A stretch of 64,000 bases of DNA from Parasitella parasitica NRRL 2501 (taxonomy: Eukaryota; Fungi; Mucoromycota): contig MU619334.1 of assembly GCA_025201805.1 (NCBI GenBank), positions 1 through 64,000 of the forward strand, given 5' to 3'. The position numbers were made by a program, and so were the translations under genes. The notes beneath the pieces are model-generated. The model searched no databases and was not told the origin of the DNA. It worked only from the letters and a program-made list of their open reading frames with translations. Positions 36,284 to 49,510 of this stretch are shown here, piece after piece (the first letter of the stretch is position 1; each line of letters begins with the position of its first letter).

Positions 36284-37362
36284 CTAAGCAAAGAGAGGTA
36301 GATCAAAGCCATAAGTATTTTCGAAAAAATCATTGAAGCGAGCATTTGCTTCCAATTTAGCAATCTTTTGTAAATCCTCGTCATCCAATTTGATGCTGTG
36401 AATATCGAGATTTGACTTCATACGCTCAACCTTGATAGTCTTGGGAATGACAATCACATTATGATGAACAGCCCAAGCCAATAGCACTTGTCCCACATCA
36501 AGCTTGTGTTTTTCAGCAATACTAACAATAACTGGATGTTTCATCAAGTTTTCTAGGTGCTCTGTTCCAGGAGGGAATTTCTCAAAGACAGCATTACCAA
36601 AAGATGCGTAAGCAATAACCTGGATGCCCTGTGATTGAGCCCAATTCACCAAACGTCTTTGCTGCAGGTAAGGATGATGCTCAATCTCGAGAACGCTAGG
36701 TGGGATACGAGCATAACTCAGAAGATCAAGCGTAGACTGAACATTGAAGTTAGAAATTCCAATGTTATGAATGAGGCCAGCATCAACCAAGTCTTCTAAT
36801 TCGCGCCATGTTTCTTGCAAAGGAGCCTTAACAATGTTCAACTCTTTTTTAGAATTTAAAAAGTTGAGGCCCTCCTTAGGATCAACAAATTCGGTAGCCA
36901 GAGGAACTAAATACATAAATAAATGTCAATGACAACCCGCTTCCCCTTGTTTCTTTTCAACTTGCAGTGTATAAGATAAAGGTCGATATAATCAAGGCCA
37001 TAATTATCGAGCGTTTGTTGGAATATGGGCTTCACATGATCCTTTTCATGGAAAGAATTCCAAAGCTTTCCGACGACTACATTTATTGTATTAGAGCGAC
37101 ATGCCAACACTTGCTGTATTCCATACTTACTGAAAAGCTCCTCACGCTTAACAATGCCATCAGCTATAGCCTTTCTTACCGCCTTACCTACCTCAGGCTC
37201 GTTGGAGTAAAGGAGAGCACCATCAATCAAGCGGTTACCAGTCTTGATGGCATTGTAGACCACATCTTCGGTTTCATGGGCAGGAATCCTTGCAGTGCCA
37301 AAGCCAACAAGAGGCATTTTATCGCCTGAAGGGTGCAGAGTAACGTATTTGCTGTTGGACAT
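36284..37362 (-). CDS. Aldo-keto reductase, xylose-reductase-like; multi-exon
   Basis: MPLVGFGT, IDGALLYSNEPEVG, GKLWN, DLYLIH, IGISNFN, EHHPYLQQ and IPKT motifs of the AKR fold. Confidence 0.92.
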
Positions 37363-37836
37363 GTTTGTATTTTTCACTAAATTGTGTAGAAGACATATTT
37401 CTCAGATGAAATAGCCCATGTTTTAAACTTTTTCAACAAATTCATGCGTGCAAGTCGCAAGTCCCATGGGTTAGTTATAATTGCTTTAATTTGTCATCAT
37501 TATACTCTGTAATTATTCAGCACACTTTTCCAAAGTGACGCTTTATAATCTTCAGCATCCTTGCGAAACCTTATGATGGTGTAAAGGCATGTTTTATTTG
37601 TTGGACGTTTGAAACCGGGCTTGTTACTGGCACGTTGGATGCACTAAGTCCATTAGTGAGTGTCTTTTGTGTACAAACTGGGTACATTTTTTGTTTGTAC
37701 CAACACCTCATCACCCTAACTTTGCCAGTTCGTCATTCTCACAATCAGTAGTCTAAATAAACATAACGTATATCAAAACATTCAACACAAATAAATGCAA
37801 TTAGTTCAACTTTTTTTTATATATTGTGTGTAAGAG

Positions 37837-40068
37837 CTATGCGTCTTCCAAATAACGATATTCAAATCTAAATTCAGTCTTTTTTCGTTGACACCAAGCA
37901 CCTTCATAATCGAAATAAATATATGTGCCTTGTTCATAATCATCAGTGATTGTTTTAGGCTCTTCGTGTCGTTGGAACCACGTTAAATATTTCTTGTGAA
38001 AACGCCATGATTGTTTTTTCAACTCTCTGGCGGCTAAATATTGCTGATAGGTGCCTTGTTGATAGTAAAAAATAAAAAATAATGCGTCCATATCAAACTT
38101 CTCGAAAAGACTTGGATTATCAAAAATGGCGAGTGGTTGTTGAGGATAGTAGGCTGGTGTTAGTTGAGGCGTCTGTGCTTGATAAACTTTGGGTCTGTAT
38201 GTGCAAAACAACATCGAAATCAGCAAGTGCTCAAAGTTAAGCTTACGTAAAAAAAATTACTTACCTTTCAGAGTCTATCAGGTCAGGGACATATTGTAAA
38301 CTAGCATCCAGCATGCGGTTCGTGTACTGTGTGTTGTCTTGATGTGCTGCTGCTGCTTTGGCCTTGATAGCTTCAAACGAGGCAGCAAGATCAGCCAAAG
38401 AAGATGGAAGACGCGAATCTACTTCATCTCCTGGTTGTTGAGTCAAAGAGGCATCCAATGGCAGCTATGAAAAGACAATAAATAGTCTGCAGTAATGGTA
38501 TATAACATGTAATGAATCTTTACTGTTTTCGCAACGCCATTTGTCAAGCCATAAACCTGCGCACCAGGCGCAGACGATGACATGAGCTTCGATTTCTCTT
38601 CGAAGGTGGGAGTCAATACTGATTTGTTTTCTAATGTAGGTGTAGTGTTAGATTTAATTTGATCGGCAATCTTAATAGGTTCGGCCCACGCAGACGGCAC
38701 AACACCTTTTGGCGATTGCACTACGAATAATCAGTATTGTAGAAAGTACATAAAGGTTAAATTTACCTTTCTCTTTGGAAGGTGTTGGGCTGCCTTCTGA
38801 TGGCCCTTGAGCATATTTCAAATTACTTGAGGTGCTTTCTGGCGATTTGGTCGGCGGAACACTTGCAGGTACATTTGGGCTGCTTGTAATCGTTGATTTC
38901 GCTATGAATTAGAAAGATTAAGATCTGGGATACAACAAAGCATCAATTTGCATTTACAGCTAATTGGGCTACTCGATGGCACAGTCTTTCGAGTAGATGA
39001 GGCTAACGAAGAAGTTTCGTCATCATTGTCTTTTTCTTTCAATTTCTTACTTGGTGTCTTCTCTTCCACATCTATTAATTGCTGTTAATAAATCTTTTAA
39101 ATGTACAGTCAGGAATATTGCACCTTCTGATGCAAAGTGTTCTTCAGTGCCTATATTATACATCTCTTCTTCCTCCTCAAGATTCAAATCGTCATAAACA
39201 AGCTCATCTTCTTCAAAATCAGGTTCCTAAACGCAATGTCAAAATCAAATATAAACAATGCGTGTATAACAGATGATGAGAAAGTACCTGGTTACACTCG
39301 AGGTAGTACTGCACATCGTCTTGAATTGCAAGAACCTAATCAAAGAAGAGATTAACTACAGATTCTCGGTACCAAAAAAAAAAAAAAAAAAAAGTTGACA
39401 CACTACTTTTTCTGTAGAAAGTTGGTCATTTTCGAGTAGTCTTAAAATCAATTCTAATCGATTGATGTGCCATCGATCACGCTCAATGTAATGTTCCAAT
39501 TCGGATGTGCGCTCAAGTTTAGAGGAGTCTTTTTTACCCTTTCTCGAAGTGCCTTGAAGCGTCTCTACTTCAGCTTCTGCCATTTCAATTTGTCGAGATA
39601 ATTCATCAACAGTTGTCGAGATCCAGTCGCACGCGTCGGCTTTTTCCTTTTCTTTAGGATCCATTTTTTCTCGCTGTAGTAATCCTTCTTTTGAGAAGGC
39701 TTTTGTCTTCATCTCACGTTCAATATTTTTGAATCTTTCCATTTCTGATTCTATCAGTTTTCGATTTTCCATCAGCGCTGACTTGTCTTTAATGTCATTA
39801 GATGATAACCATGTCTTGATCTGATCACGCAAACGTTGCAATTTCTTTATTTCTTTTTTCAAATCTTGCTCGTACTTTTCTTTTTGGTTTGAATTTGTTG
39901 TTGACTGTATCTTGTCGAAAATGCTATCAAATGTTTCCACACCTTCACTCACTTTCTTTAAGACCCGGTCGATCTCGGCTGTTGGCAAGTGTTAAAAGAT
40001 CTCTCGAGCCAAACATTAAAAAAAAATTTTACATGAATGTTTTTACCTTGCAATTTCTTCATAGACAT
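37837..40068 (-). CDS. NOT3: CCR4-NOT subunit Not3/Not5 (CNOT3), multi-exon
   Basis: MSMKKLQ|[18 protein letters not shown]...[18 protein letters not shown]-terminal domain. C-terminal NOT box [42 protein letters not shown]. Confidence 0.95.
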
Positions 40069-40479
40069 TTTCTGCCCGATTATTGTTTTCAAGTATGAGT
40101 TATTTTAAGTTAAAATGCAAGAATATATTGTAAACTCTTTACTTCTCTTTCTAAATTTATGATTAGAAAGTTATTTTCCGTTTTAAACAAACAAAAGACA
40201 TCTCTTTCGGCACAACTTTGAAGGTTTTGTTAGGCCACGTTGCAGTGACTGGTTTGCCTGTAGGGTATTGGTGTTTGTACGATACCGAATGTGAAGGGGT
40301 TCATCAATCGATCATCGCAAATTGTCAATTAGAATCGATACTGCCACACTATGAGCGTACCAATGATACTAAGAAAATAGTCATCATATATTTTACGTAG
40401 TTTACTGTTATCTGACAGAAAATAAAGCTGCTAGACGTAGTGTATTGTATTGTAAGATCTTGCGCATTGGTGTTAAAAA

Positions 40480-40560
40480 AGCTAGTTGTCGATCATTGTG
40501 CAATTTGGTTGTCATGGAAATAGCTAGTCGAGCATCGTATAATTTGGTTGCCACGGTAAC
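40480..40560. promoter_or_regulatory. Two RFX X-box-like motifs inside a ~40-bp degenerate direct repeat
   Basis: GTTGTCATGGAAAT (40508-40521) and GTTGCCACGGTAAC (40547-40560), each preceded by agctag...cat.gt..aatttg. Confidence 0.4.
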
Positions 40561-41496
40561 CAGGCACTGAATTTTTGACAGATGCCAATCACTCTAGCGA
40601 GAAATTTGAATATATTTTTGCTACTAAAGTGTCCAACGGCTTGTTGTATTTAAGTCAACAATCAGCTTATAATCACAATCCGTATAAAGCGTGTTGATTA
40701 AGGACTCGGCTTCTTAACCAATCTATCAAGCTATAACTGTCAAAAATCACCACTCAAAAAGATACCATATAAATTCAACTCACTTTTTTCACTTCGAAGA
40801 TGATCACGTCCACTACTAAAACCATGCAACAAGTAATCGAACATATAATAAATAAAGAAGTATAAATATTTGAACATATTCGAACCAGATTAGAGTCCCT
40901 TATCATGTATTCTTATACCAATAAATTGTACCAGGTCTCAAATACTTGTAAGGTCTCTTTATTACTATAGGAATACAACACAACTACAATGCTTACAGAC
41001 TTGTCGCCATAAAATAAATTTTGCAACGCGTTATACTATCTATGTATCAATCTTTGTTTACCTGTTCATTGTCATTTACCGATTTCCTATGTGTCATCAT
41101 CCTTGAGAATAGATCAAAATACAACATCAATCAAATCATTTGGATAGACATTGCCATCATTTATAATTTTCTGTTATACAGCTGTTTCGAGTAACAGTTT
41201 GCGCCAAATTGTCGCTGATTACTTTTGATCTACTGACAATGTTTATATCAAAACGGGAAGCATTTTCCCATAACTTATTTTTTTAATGCAATATCGATGT
41301 AATACTAGATAGAGATTCTTGAAACAATCAATAAGATCTTCAGTATACCTAACAACTTGTCAAGAAAGCATAATTTGCATTAAATGAAACACCCCTAATA
41401 GCTTCTTGGCGTGTTAAGTCCGGAGCACATAATGAGATCACATTCTCAAATCAATCATTAACCTACAATACGATCAATGATCTCATTGAAGTAAAA

Positions 41497-41506
41497 NNNN
41501 NNNNNN
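41497..41506. other. Assembly gap (N run) next to poly-A
   Basis: N characters in sequence. Confidence 0.99.
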
Positions 41507-41542
<36 letters not shown>

Positions 41543-41794
41543 ATACGTTTGGTGTTTCGCTGAAGGTTGTTATTAAAAAGATCAGCACAAATACGATATT
41601 AGATAAAATAAATCAATGATACACGATTAGCAAAATAAGAAGAATGAAAACGCACCAATGATATAGGGTTCAAGGCATGAGGGCTGTGTGTAATCTTATA
41701 ATATGTGGTTGCTTTTCTTTTTTTTTTTCTCACTTTCTTTCCTTTTTCTTTATTCCAAGGATATCAACAACTGATTATAAATACTAAAATAAAT

Positions 41795-44700
41795 ATGGCT
41801 GGTAAAATCAAATGATAACAAAACGCTGAAAACAGGACCTCGAATAAACATTTTTCTCATATTAAAAAAAAAAATCAATACAAAAGATCTTGGTTTCGAC
41901 TTTCCCGATGATGATTATGAACAAGACGAATCTTTGTTTGAACAGCAAGATGATAAATTTGAATCTGACCATGATAGCACAAAAAAGGATAAAGAAAATC
42001 AGCATCAAGAACAAGACGTGGAAAAGACATTAGAACCACACATTATCGACGCTTCACAGGAATACACGTCAACTGACGCAGAAGATACATCCCCTTCTTC
42101 CAAAGATACGACGTCTACTGCACTAATACAAACAATGTCTGACGGTAGGTATTTTATCCGTATCTTGTGATTTTAATTTAATTTTCTCATCTATCGAAAC
42201 CTAGAGGATGAGCTGGAAGACGAATTATTAGCAGATGAGAACGTGACACCTATTGAACGTGTATATGGATTCAATGAAAATGATGATTTGATCAATAGGT
42301 AAATTGGTTTGGTTGGTTCGGATATATCTCGATCACTGATTCTTGGAGGGAAAAAAAATCACCAGGCTTTTACTAGCAAAGGAGTTAGCAAGTGCGTTAG
42401 ACGAAATTAGTTTAGCTGAAGCCGTCAAAGATGTGTTGCCCATCATGGACAAATTAGCATGTGATACTGATGACACTGTAAAGGAAACATTTGCTAGCGA
42501 ACTTGATCATATTTTACTCTATTTTTACAAGGTAAAGAATCATTATAAAACAACCATGTTCATATGTGTAACTCTTTGATGTATAACAGAACCTCCCTGC
42601 CATGTTCTCACATTCAGATCAAACATCCACACAAGAGAAAACTTTTGCGCCTTTAATCATTAGAATCCTTTTAGATCAGAATTCAGGTGTTGCCTCATTA
42701 GGCCAGCAGGCCCTTGTTGCAGTTGTTACAGAACTTCGTAGACTATCAGATCAGGACCCAGTATTCCAACGAGTCATCAACTGTGAGATATTCAAAGGCG
42801 TTATTGAGGGTTTAATGCTAATAGTGGACGGTAAAAAGAAGCTACCTAAAACAAACGGACAGGATGATGAGGAAGGTGGAGATTTGCAAGGCGATGAAGC
42901 AGAAGCATTAAAATACCATCGTGTTTCTATTGACGATGGCCTCACATCAGAACGCAGACGATCATCGGCAACTCCTGGATTCGAAACATCGCTTAATGTA
43001 CACCATGCTCCTCCTTCAGATGATGAATTTGGTCAGGGAGAAATTAGTTTAGCCAAGATTACTTGTATTTCGGTAAGAAGCTACAAACTGCATGCACTCT
43101 TGAATGATTATAGCTCATATCATTATTATCTAGCTAATAGCATCTATTGTTGGCGTCTTTAACGTTGAAAGTTGCACAGAAAAATGCTTACCAATTATCC
43201 AACAATTAGCATCAGATTCGTTATTTTACGTCAGGAAGGAAGCCGCCACAGCAATTGGATGTTTAGCCCAAGTAGTAGACACTAAAGTAGCAGAGGAGAA
43301 GCTTGTATGTTCTAATGGGCCTTTCCTTTGTTGATGACTGACCACTGTTTTGTAGCTGCCCCTTTTCCGTCAATTTGCCGAGGACCAAATTTGGCATGTG
43401 CGTCGATCTTGTGTTTTGACACTTCCTCAGCTATGTGGCGTTCTGTCCGAAGAATCAAAAACTGAATTGACTGTGACAAGTGTAGAAACGTTTAGAAACG
43501 ATATATCACGTAATGTGCGTAATGCAATGGCTGATATCGTCGGAGAGCTCGTTTCCAAATTCCTACCTGAAGGTTGGGAACGGACAGGTCATCCGGGCAA
43601 AATACCTGAGCCTTTATTGCAGTATTTCTTATCGCTTGGATCCAATGCCAGTAACAGCAATAACCAAATGCTCAAGTTGGAAATCGATCGTACGTACATA
43701 TGCGCCTACAACTTCCCAGTCGTGGTTTTAACGGCCGGTGCTGATTACTGGGACACTCATTTACGAGACACCTATCTGGGGTTAACAAAAGACTACCAGA
43801 TTAAGGTTCGCTGTACATTTGCGCATTCGTTACACGACATTGCTCGTATTATTGGCCCTGAGCTCACAGAGCGAGATTTGGTGCAAATTTTTGCTCTTTA
43901 TTTGATGGATCTGGATGATGTGAAGCAAGGTGTGCTGGAGCATTTGGCCGACTTTTTGGGTACCTTGGCTGTCACGTCCCGAAATGAGTATATTCCCATA
44001 TTGGCAGAAGTATGGGATGGTGTCTCTACAAACTGGCATTTAAGAAACATCCTGGCTGCTCAGCTGATGGAAATTTCCATGTTATTTGATGCCTCTCGAG
44101 TAGTAGAGCATATTCTCCCTCTGGTAGTTCGCGCCTGTCATGACGAATTTGCAGCAGTCAGAGAAACTGGCGTTGGCGTTTTTCCCGTGGTGCTGGATGT
44201 CGTGAAACATGCTGTGGAAGAAGATGGCGATTCCTTATCACAAGCAGATGGCTATGGGGATGACATTACCGAAAACAAGCGCAATTTTGCTTTGGCTTTG
44301 TTGAGCCATGTCATGGAACGCCTGGATGAGTTTGCAAGATCTGACAATTACCGTGGTAGACTCGTGTAAGATAGTTGTTGACAACGCTGTGTTGACAAGA
44401 TGCTAAACAGCTTAATTTATAGCTTTGCTCAAATTTGTAAAGCGCTTATAGAGGCAGGAATTGGCGCATCTGATTTCGCTTCGTTTTTCTTACCGCGACT
44501 AGCTCCACTTGCTTATGACCCCGTAGTTAATGTCCGTATTGCAGCCTCTCGCGCCATTGGCACTATTTATACCAACGGTAAGATTCAGTTTTTTTTTTTT
44601 GCACGCCAGCAAAAAGCTCATCATGATGACTATTGCAGAACCATTCCGACGGGAATTAAGTGAGATTGCTGCTCCCTCCAGAACTGTGAATCAAGCAGGC

Positions 44701-45342
44701 GAATCAGGACATGCACTGGACCAAATGACTTATCGTTTTGCTTTGGATAAGGACAGCGACGTCAGGTCCTTTGTTATGCCATTTGTAGATACCGAGATTC
44801 TGGAAAAGCAACGGGAAAAGGAAATGCAGGCCGCTGTTCAGATAGCTGAAGCTGCTATTGAAGCTAGAGCCGAGGAAAATAACAACTACAACGATAGCGA
44901 TGAGGACGAGGACGAGGACGAGGACGAGGAGGAGGGAGACGATGATGACGACGAGAGCGATGGTACTGATGTGGAAACAGATAATAAGTTGAGTGTGGAC
45001 ATGGATGAATCAGACGAGGCGCCAACGCCAACGCCAATGCAAGATGTTGAAAGAGTAGGCTCGCCAGAGAAAGACAATACGGAACCTATGGATATCTCCA
45101 CAATGCTAGCATCTGCCGAGTCAGCTTCAGACTTACCATCAACACCAGATAACAAAGTGGATGATGAGGATGAAATAATGTCTGAAGCAGAGCCTGTTGC
45201 GTTGAAAACCAATAAAAGTACAAATGCGCCATCAACTGAAATCACGCCTGAAAAACCTACATCAGCAACAACAGCCGCAACGGAAACCACAACTGCTATT
45301 GTATTACCTTGTTCATCTGCTATGGATGACGAGGATAATTAA
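41795..45342 (+). CDS. Protein phosphatase 4 regulatory subunit 1-like HEAT-repeat protein with acidic tail, multi-exon
   Basis: Starts MA|DLGFDF. HEAT repeats DSLFYVRKEAA, DQIWHVRRSC, CAYNFPVVVLTAG, DYQIKVRCTFAHSLHDIA, NWHLR and DPVVNVRIAAS are characteristic of PPP4R1. Confidence 0.82.
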
Positions 45343-45428
45343 AAAAAAAATATTGTATATTCGTTCCCTATTTTATATATAGTTTATATATCTTTTTCTG
45401 TTTCTATACTGGGTCAAAGTACCTACTT

Positions 45429-45463
45429 NNNNNNNNNNNNNNNNNNNNNNNNNNNNNNNNNNN
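45429..45463. other. Assembly gap (N run)
   Basis: N characters in sequence. Confidence 0.99.
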
Positions 45464-45599
45464 TTCTTTTTTTCTTTTTTTTTTTCTTTTTTTATTTGAC
45501 GCAGCAATGCGAACAGCGGATTGCATCTATTTTTACAAATATAGTTGACATCTTTTTATTTCATTTTAGAGGCAATTTTTGTGGAGCTAACATTATCTG

Positions 45600-46150
45600 G
45601 AATGGTTGTATATAATTTCTCTTACGCTCCTTCAAAACATGACTCATCCTTATGTTTTTGGGTTTATCATTGCACTTATTCAAAACGGCGAACCAGTCTA
45701 TAGTCTTTAAACAATATTCAAATATCTTCGTCAAGGATATTTTGCTCAGTATTGTACACTACAAAGAATTATTACTCAATCTCAAGCTTTTCTGGCACAC
45801 AGGTGCAGTAAATTTGGGAATAAGTCATTGAGTTTCTTTATTAAAGCCGTTGTAAATCAGTTCTTTTGAATTGAACATTGATCCAGGAATCAATGAGTTA
45901 CCTGTCGTTGTTTGATTAAGGCTTTAAGGAGAAGCAGATTATGCTGAAAGACATTTTTATCTAAGAATGATCGGCAAAGCTTTTTAATTGACGAGTTGCT
46001 AAATGTAATATCTTCATTACTATTTATTCTCATTGTAAAAATTTGTGAAGGGAAAGTGCTATATCCATTTGAATCCCAAGGTTACCACTCGATTGTCATA
46101 GCAACCGTTTCTGATCGGATATAAGCTTTAATGTCATAAGAAACCATCTA
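45600..46150 (-). pseudogene. Decayed copy C of the dispersed family
   Basis: The minus strand reads DKNVFQHNLLLLKALIKQRQ, then (frameshift) SLIPGSMFNSKELIYN, then FPNLLHLC. Homologous to the 18.2 kb and 21.3 kb tracts. Confidence 0.5.
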
Positions 46151-47691
46151 TTCGGGTTCTTCTACTTATTCTAAATTGTGAAGCTCAATTTAATTGATGA
46201 ATGATTCACATTCATAATAATTTGCTGATTAAATACAGAAATAAGTCTTGCTTGACTACTACTGTGTTATAATGTTTGACAATTAAATGTCAAACATGAT
46301 CTGATTGTAATTTATAGATTGATTCATATAGATTTATTCTAATATAAATAGACAGCTTCTTATCAATCAATAAATCAATAGTTATATATCTGGCAAATTA
46401 AGTTTTTATTGCTTTCTTATATTTTTTAACATATACAATAACCTGCTGTGCTCATTTTTAAGACCTGGCACAACAGCTTGGAAGGGGGATCCAAGCTTTG
46501 AACAAAGCTTGATTTCAAAACGTAAACTTGACTCGGTCAAAGTAAATTAGTTCTATCTAGTGCATGCTTATCAATCCTTTATCGTTTACTTTCGTAAACG
46601 ATGCACAGCTATCATTTAGGGATTATGTATGCAAACTATGAACTCTTGATCGAAAAAGCTGCACTAATATTTGTTTGACACAATTCTGAAAGACAAGAGT
46701 ACTACAATATTTATACCAAGTAAGCCATATAGACTGTGGCTATTAGGATTGTCTTCTTTTTACACTCAATTTATTTTCTTTTTACATTCAATTTAATGAC
46801 AACTGACACTATTTTTCTAACTGTTCATATTGTACCCCACTCCTCAATTGAAAAATGTGAAAAGTCAATCAAGACATTTCTTTGTGAGTCATAGCAGGAG
46901 CCATGGATACGCCTTTTAGATATACGAGGTTACCAACAGGCTCTTTAACAGATTTAAGAGTTCTTCAATTTATTGTCAATGAAGCAAAGGTTTCCTGGTG
47001 AGTATTGCTGGAAGCGTGGTGGTTAGCTAGTAAATTCAGCTCTTCTTCTAGCTATTTGATGTGCCAAATCTTGATTACAAATTTCAAGTTCCCACTGTAA
47101 GCTTTCTTTGTCTGGGGCTGTACTGATCCAAGAAAGAAAGACAACGTCAATGATCTCCAAAACTCTCAATCATGCAATTATGGTTAATCAATAAACCGAA
47201 ATATTTTTTATTTTTAGAAAGATATAGGAGGGCTTTTTTGTCGTTGAAGAAAATTTTCACAATTTTTTTTTCCCTTTTCTCCCATTCATCTTCATTGTTG
47301 CTCAAAGAATGCCAAAGAACAAGCAAATAGAGAAAAGGAAAACTCATGTTATGGTGAATATATAAGTCTATAACTTGCTCAAACATTGTGCATATAATTG
47401 AAATAAAATGAAATCAGTCGTTTTCTTTATATTTATCATTCATGTAGTTGTATTTTGATTGGACAACCACATACCTTGAGCTAAAAAAAAAAAAAAAAAA
47501 AAAGGCATAGATAGACATAACATACAGCTAAAAAAATCTTTTCTATTTTTCTTTTTCATCTTGTTTATTATCGACTTTTTTCCCCCATTTCTTTCTATTT
47601 TCCTGTAAACAACTTTTTACTGATTGCATCTTCAATTCATTCCGTTCGACCGACAAAGATATTCCAATCCTTTCAGTCATAAAAATCTACA

Positions 47692-49351
47692 ATGAGTAAG
47701 CATTTTGTTTTATACCCCACACAGACAACAAAGACTTATTTTCATTTCACTTCATCAGTAGCGCCAGTAGCTCCCCTCCGCAAGATTGCAACAGCCACAA
47801 GAAGGAAACAAAATATTCCTGAACCTGTCATTGCTGTAGAACAAGAGGACGATGGTGAGGGTTATGATGAAACTGCCGAGGATGAATCGATAACTAGATG
47901 TGTCTGTGGTGAATCACGTAAGTCAGCCTTTCTCTTGTATTCAAATGCGTCTGCTAAAAACCCGTCTGCAGACAGCTTAGGCTTGATGGTGTGCTGCGAC
48001 GAATGTGAAGTGTGGCAACACTGCGAATGTATGGGGTTGGAGAAAGAGGAAATACCAGATGAATACTTTTGCGAACTATGTAGACCCTCTGACCATATTG
48101 AAATCAAAAGCTACGACAAGTATGTATATCAGCAAATTGAGTCTTCCACCATGCTCATTATTTTATCATAGGACGCGTAGATACTATAAACCCCGTTTGC
48201 CCGTAACAGCCGAAGTTGGGGCAGACAAGAAGACAGCTAAAAGAAGAACTACACTCAATAGTCGAGAAGCCTCTATCTCTTTAGAGGAGGTGTTAGCCTT
48301 TAGAAATGCCATTAAGCAGTCGAAAAACTACGGTTCCTCTGATGTGGAGATTACCACAAGCCAGGTTCAGGTTCAGCAATACGATGCTATCCTCGCCATG
48401 GACGAAAGCATTACAATTGTGCAAAACTATGGTAAGAACCTGTTAATATCGCATCACACAGGATATGTATTGACTGAAAACGAAACAGAGCAAATAAAGC
48501 GACCCAAGCGAGCACCTCCAAAGCAATCTTCATCAGAAGAACAACCAAGACCAAACAAGAAAGAAAAGAAACCCCAACGCCGATATACCCCCAGAACCGC
48601 CATTAACAATTCATCATCACCAAAAAGTACCTCCCTAAACACACCATCATCAGCACGTCGTCATAACAACAAAGTCTCACGATCTCGGACCAGCACGCCG
48701 CAACCTGAACTACAAACACCCACATCAGGCAACGATCATCAACTATTCGAGCATTTTTCTCAGTTTGCTCGTGAATCTACACCACCGGCCAAAATTCGGC
48801 TGCCGTTACAAAGGATGACCATGTCTGAAATGAATAAACGAGCGAGCCAAATATTAGAGTACATTTGTTCAATGCAAGTCGAACTGGCTACAAAACGTAA
48901 TCGACATGGTGTAGATTCCGATTCCGAAGACGATGATGAGGAAGGAGAAGTTTGTAAAAGACGTCAATTGGTGTCTGCAAAAATGAATCAAGTTATGGCA
49001 TATGTTGGTGCAGGCACCGATGATGAAAATCGCTCCTCGCCCAAAGAGAAACGTAGGCCAACGCCTATCCTTATGCCTGGCAAATTGGATCATTCAAGTC
49101 GCTCTTCGTCCCTCAGTAGTGCAAGTACAATTCCTTTAGATGATGTTGCCTATCAACAGGAGAAGAGCATCTCCCAAGAGACATTGCAATGTCCAAAGGA
49201 ACCATCGTCTATGGAGATGATGGACAATTTGACAAGAAAAGTGATTACATTTCAGCGTCGATTTGGCTCTTTGGGCGGTTTCAACTTGAATGAGCATGAA
49301 GAAGATGACGGCCCTGTAACAAGAAGCAGCCATCTAGGCAGGTGGCTCTAG
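47692..49351 (+). CDS. PHD-finger protein, Cti6-like (Rpd3L HDAC complex subunit), multi-exon
   Basis: TRCVCGE...MVCCDECEVWQHCECMG...YFCELC PHD. RRTTLNSRE, RMTMSEMNKRASQILEYICSMQVE and SMEMMDNLTRKV..FQRRFG resemble Cti6 conserved blocks. Confidence 0.75.
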
Positions 49352-49510
49352 TAGAATAATCGTTGCTTGACATTGTTATTAACAGCATACGCATTTATTA
49401 AATTCTATGTATCAATGAAATGATTTTATTATGTACAAAGCAATACAGATGTGCTATAGATGGTAAATAGATTATCAAAAGTGTCTTTCAAAAATATCTC
49501 CTTTTTGCGG

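Noticed and set aside
40700-41400. Fourth copy of the relic gene family on the minus strand
   Set aside because: Looks like decayed coding DNA, but none of the diagnostic seeds could be aligned by eye; not supportable without a search.
44895-44960. GAC/GAG trinucleotide run as a separate repeat element
   Set aside because: It simply encodes the acidic D/E tail of the PPP4R1-like protein.
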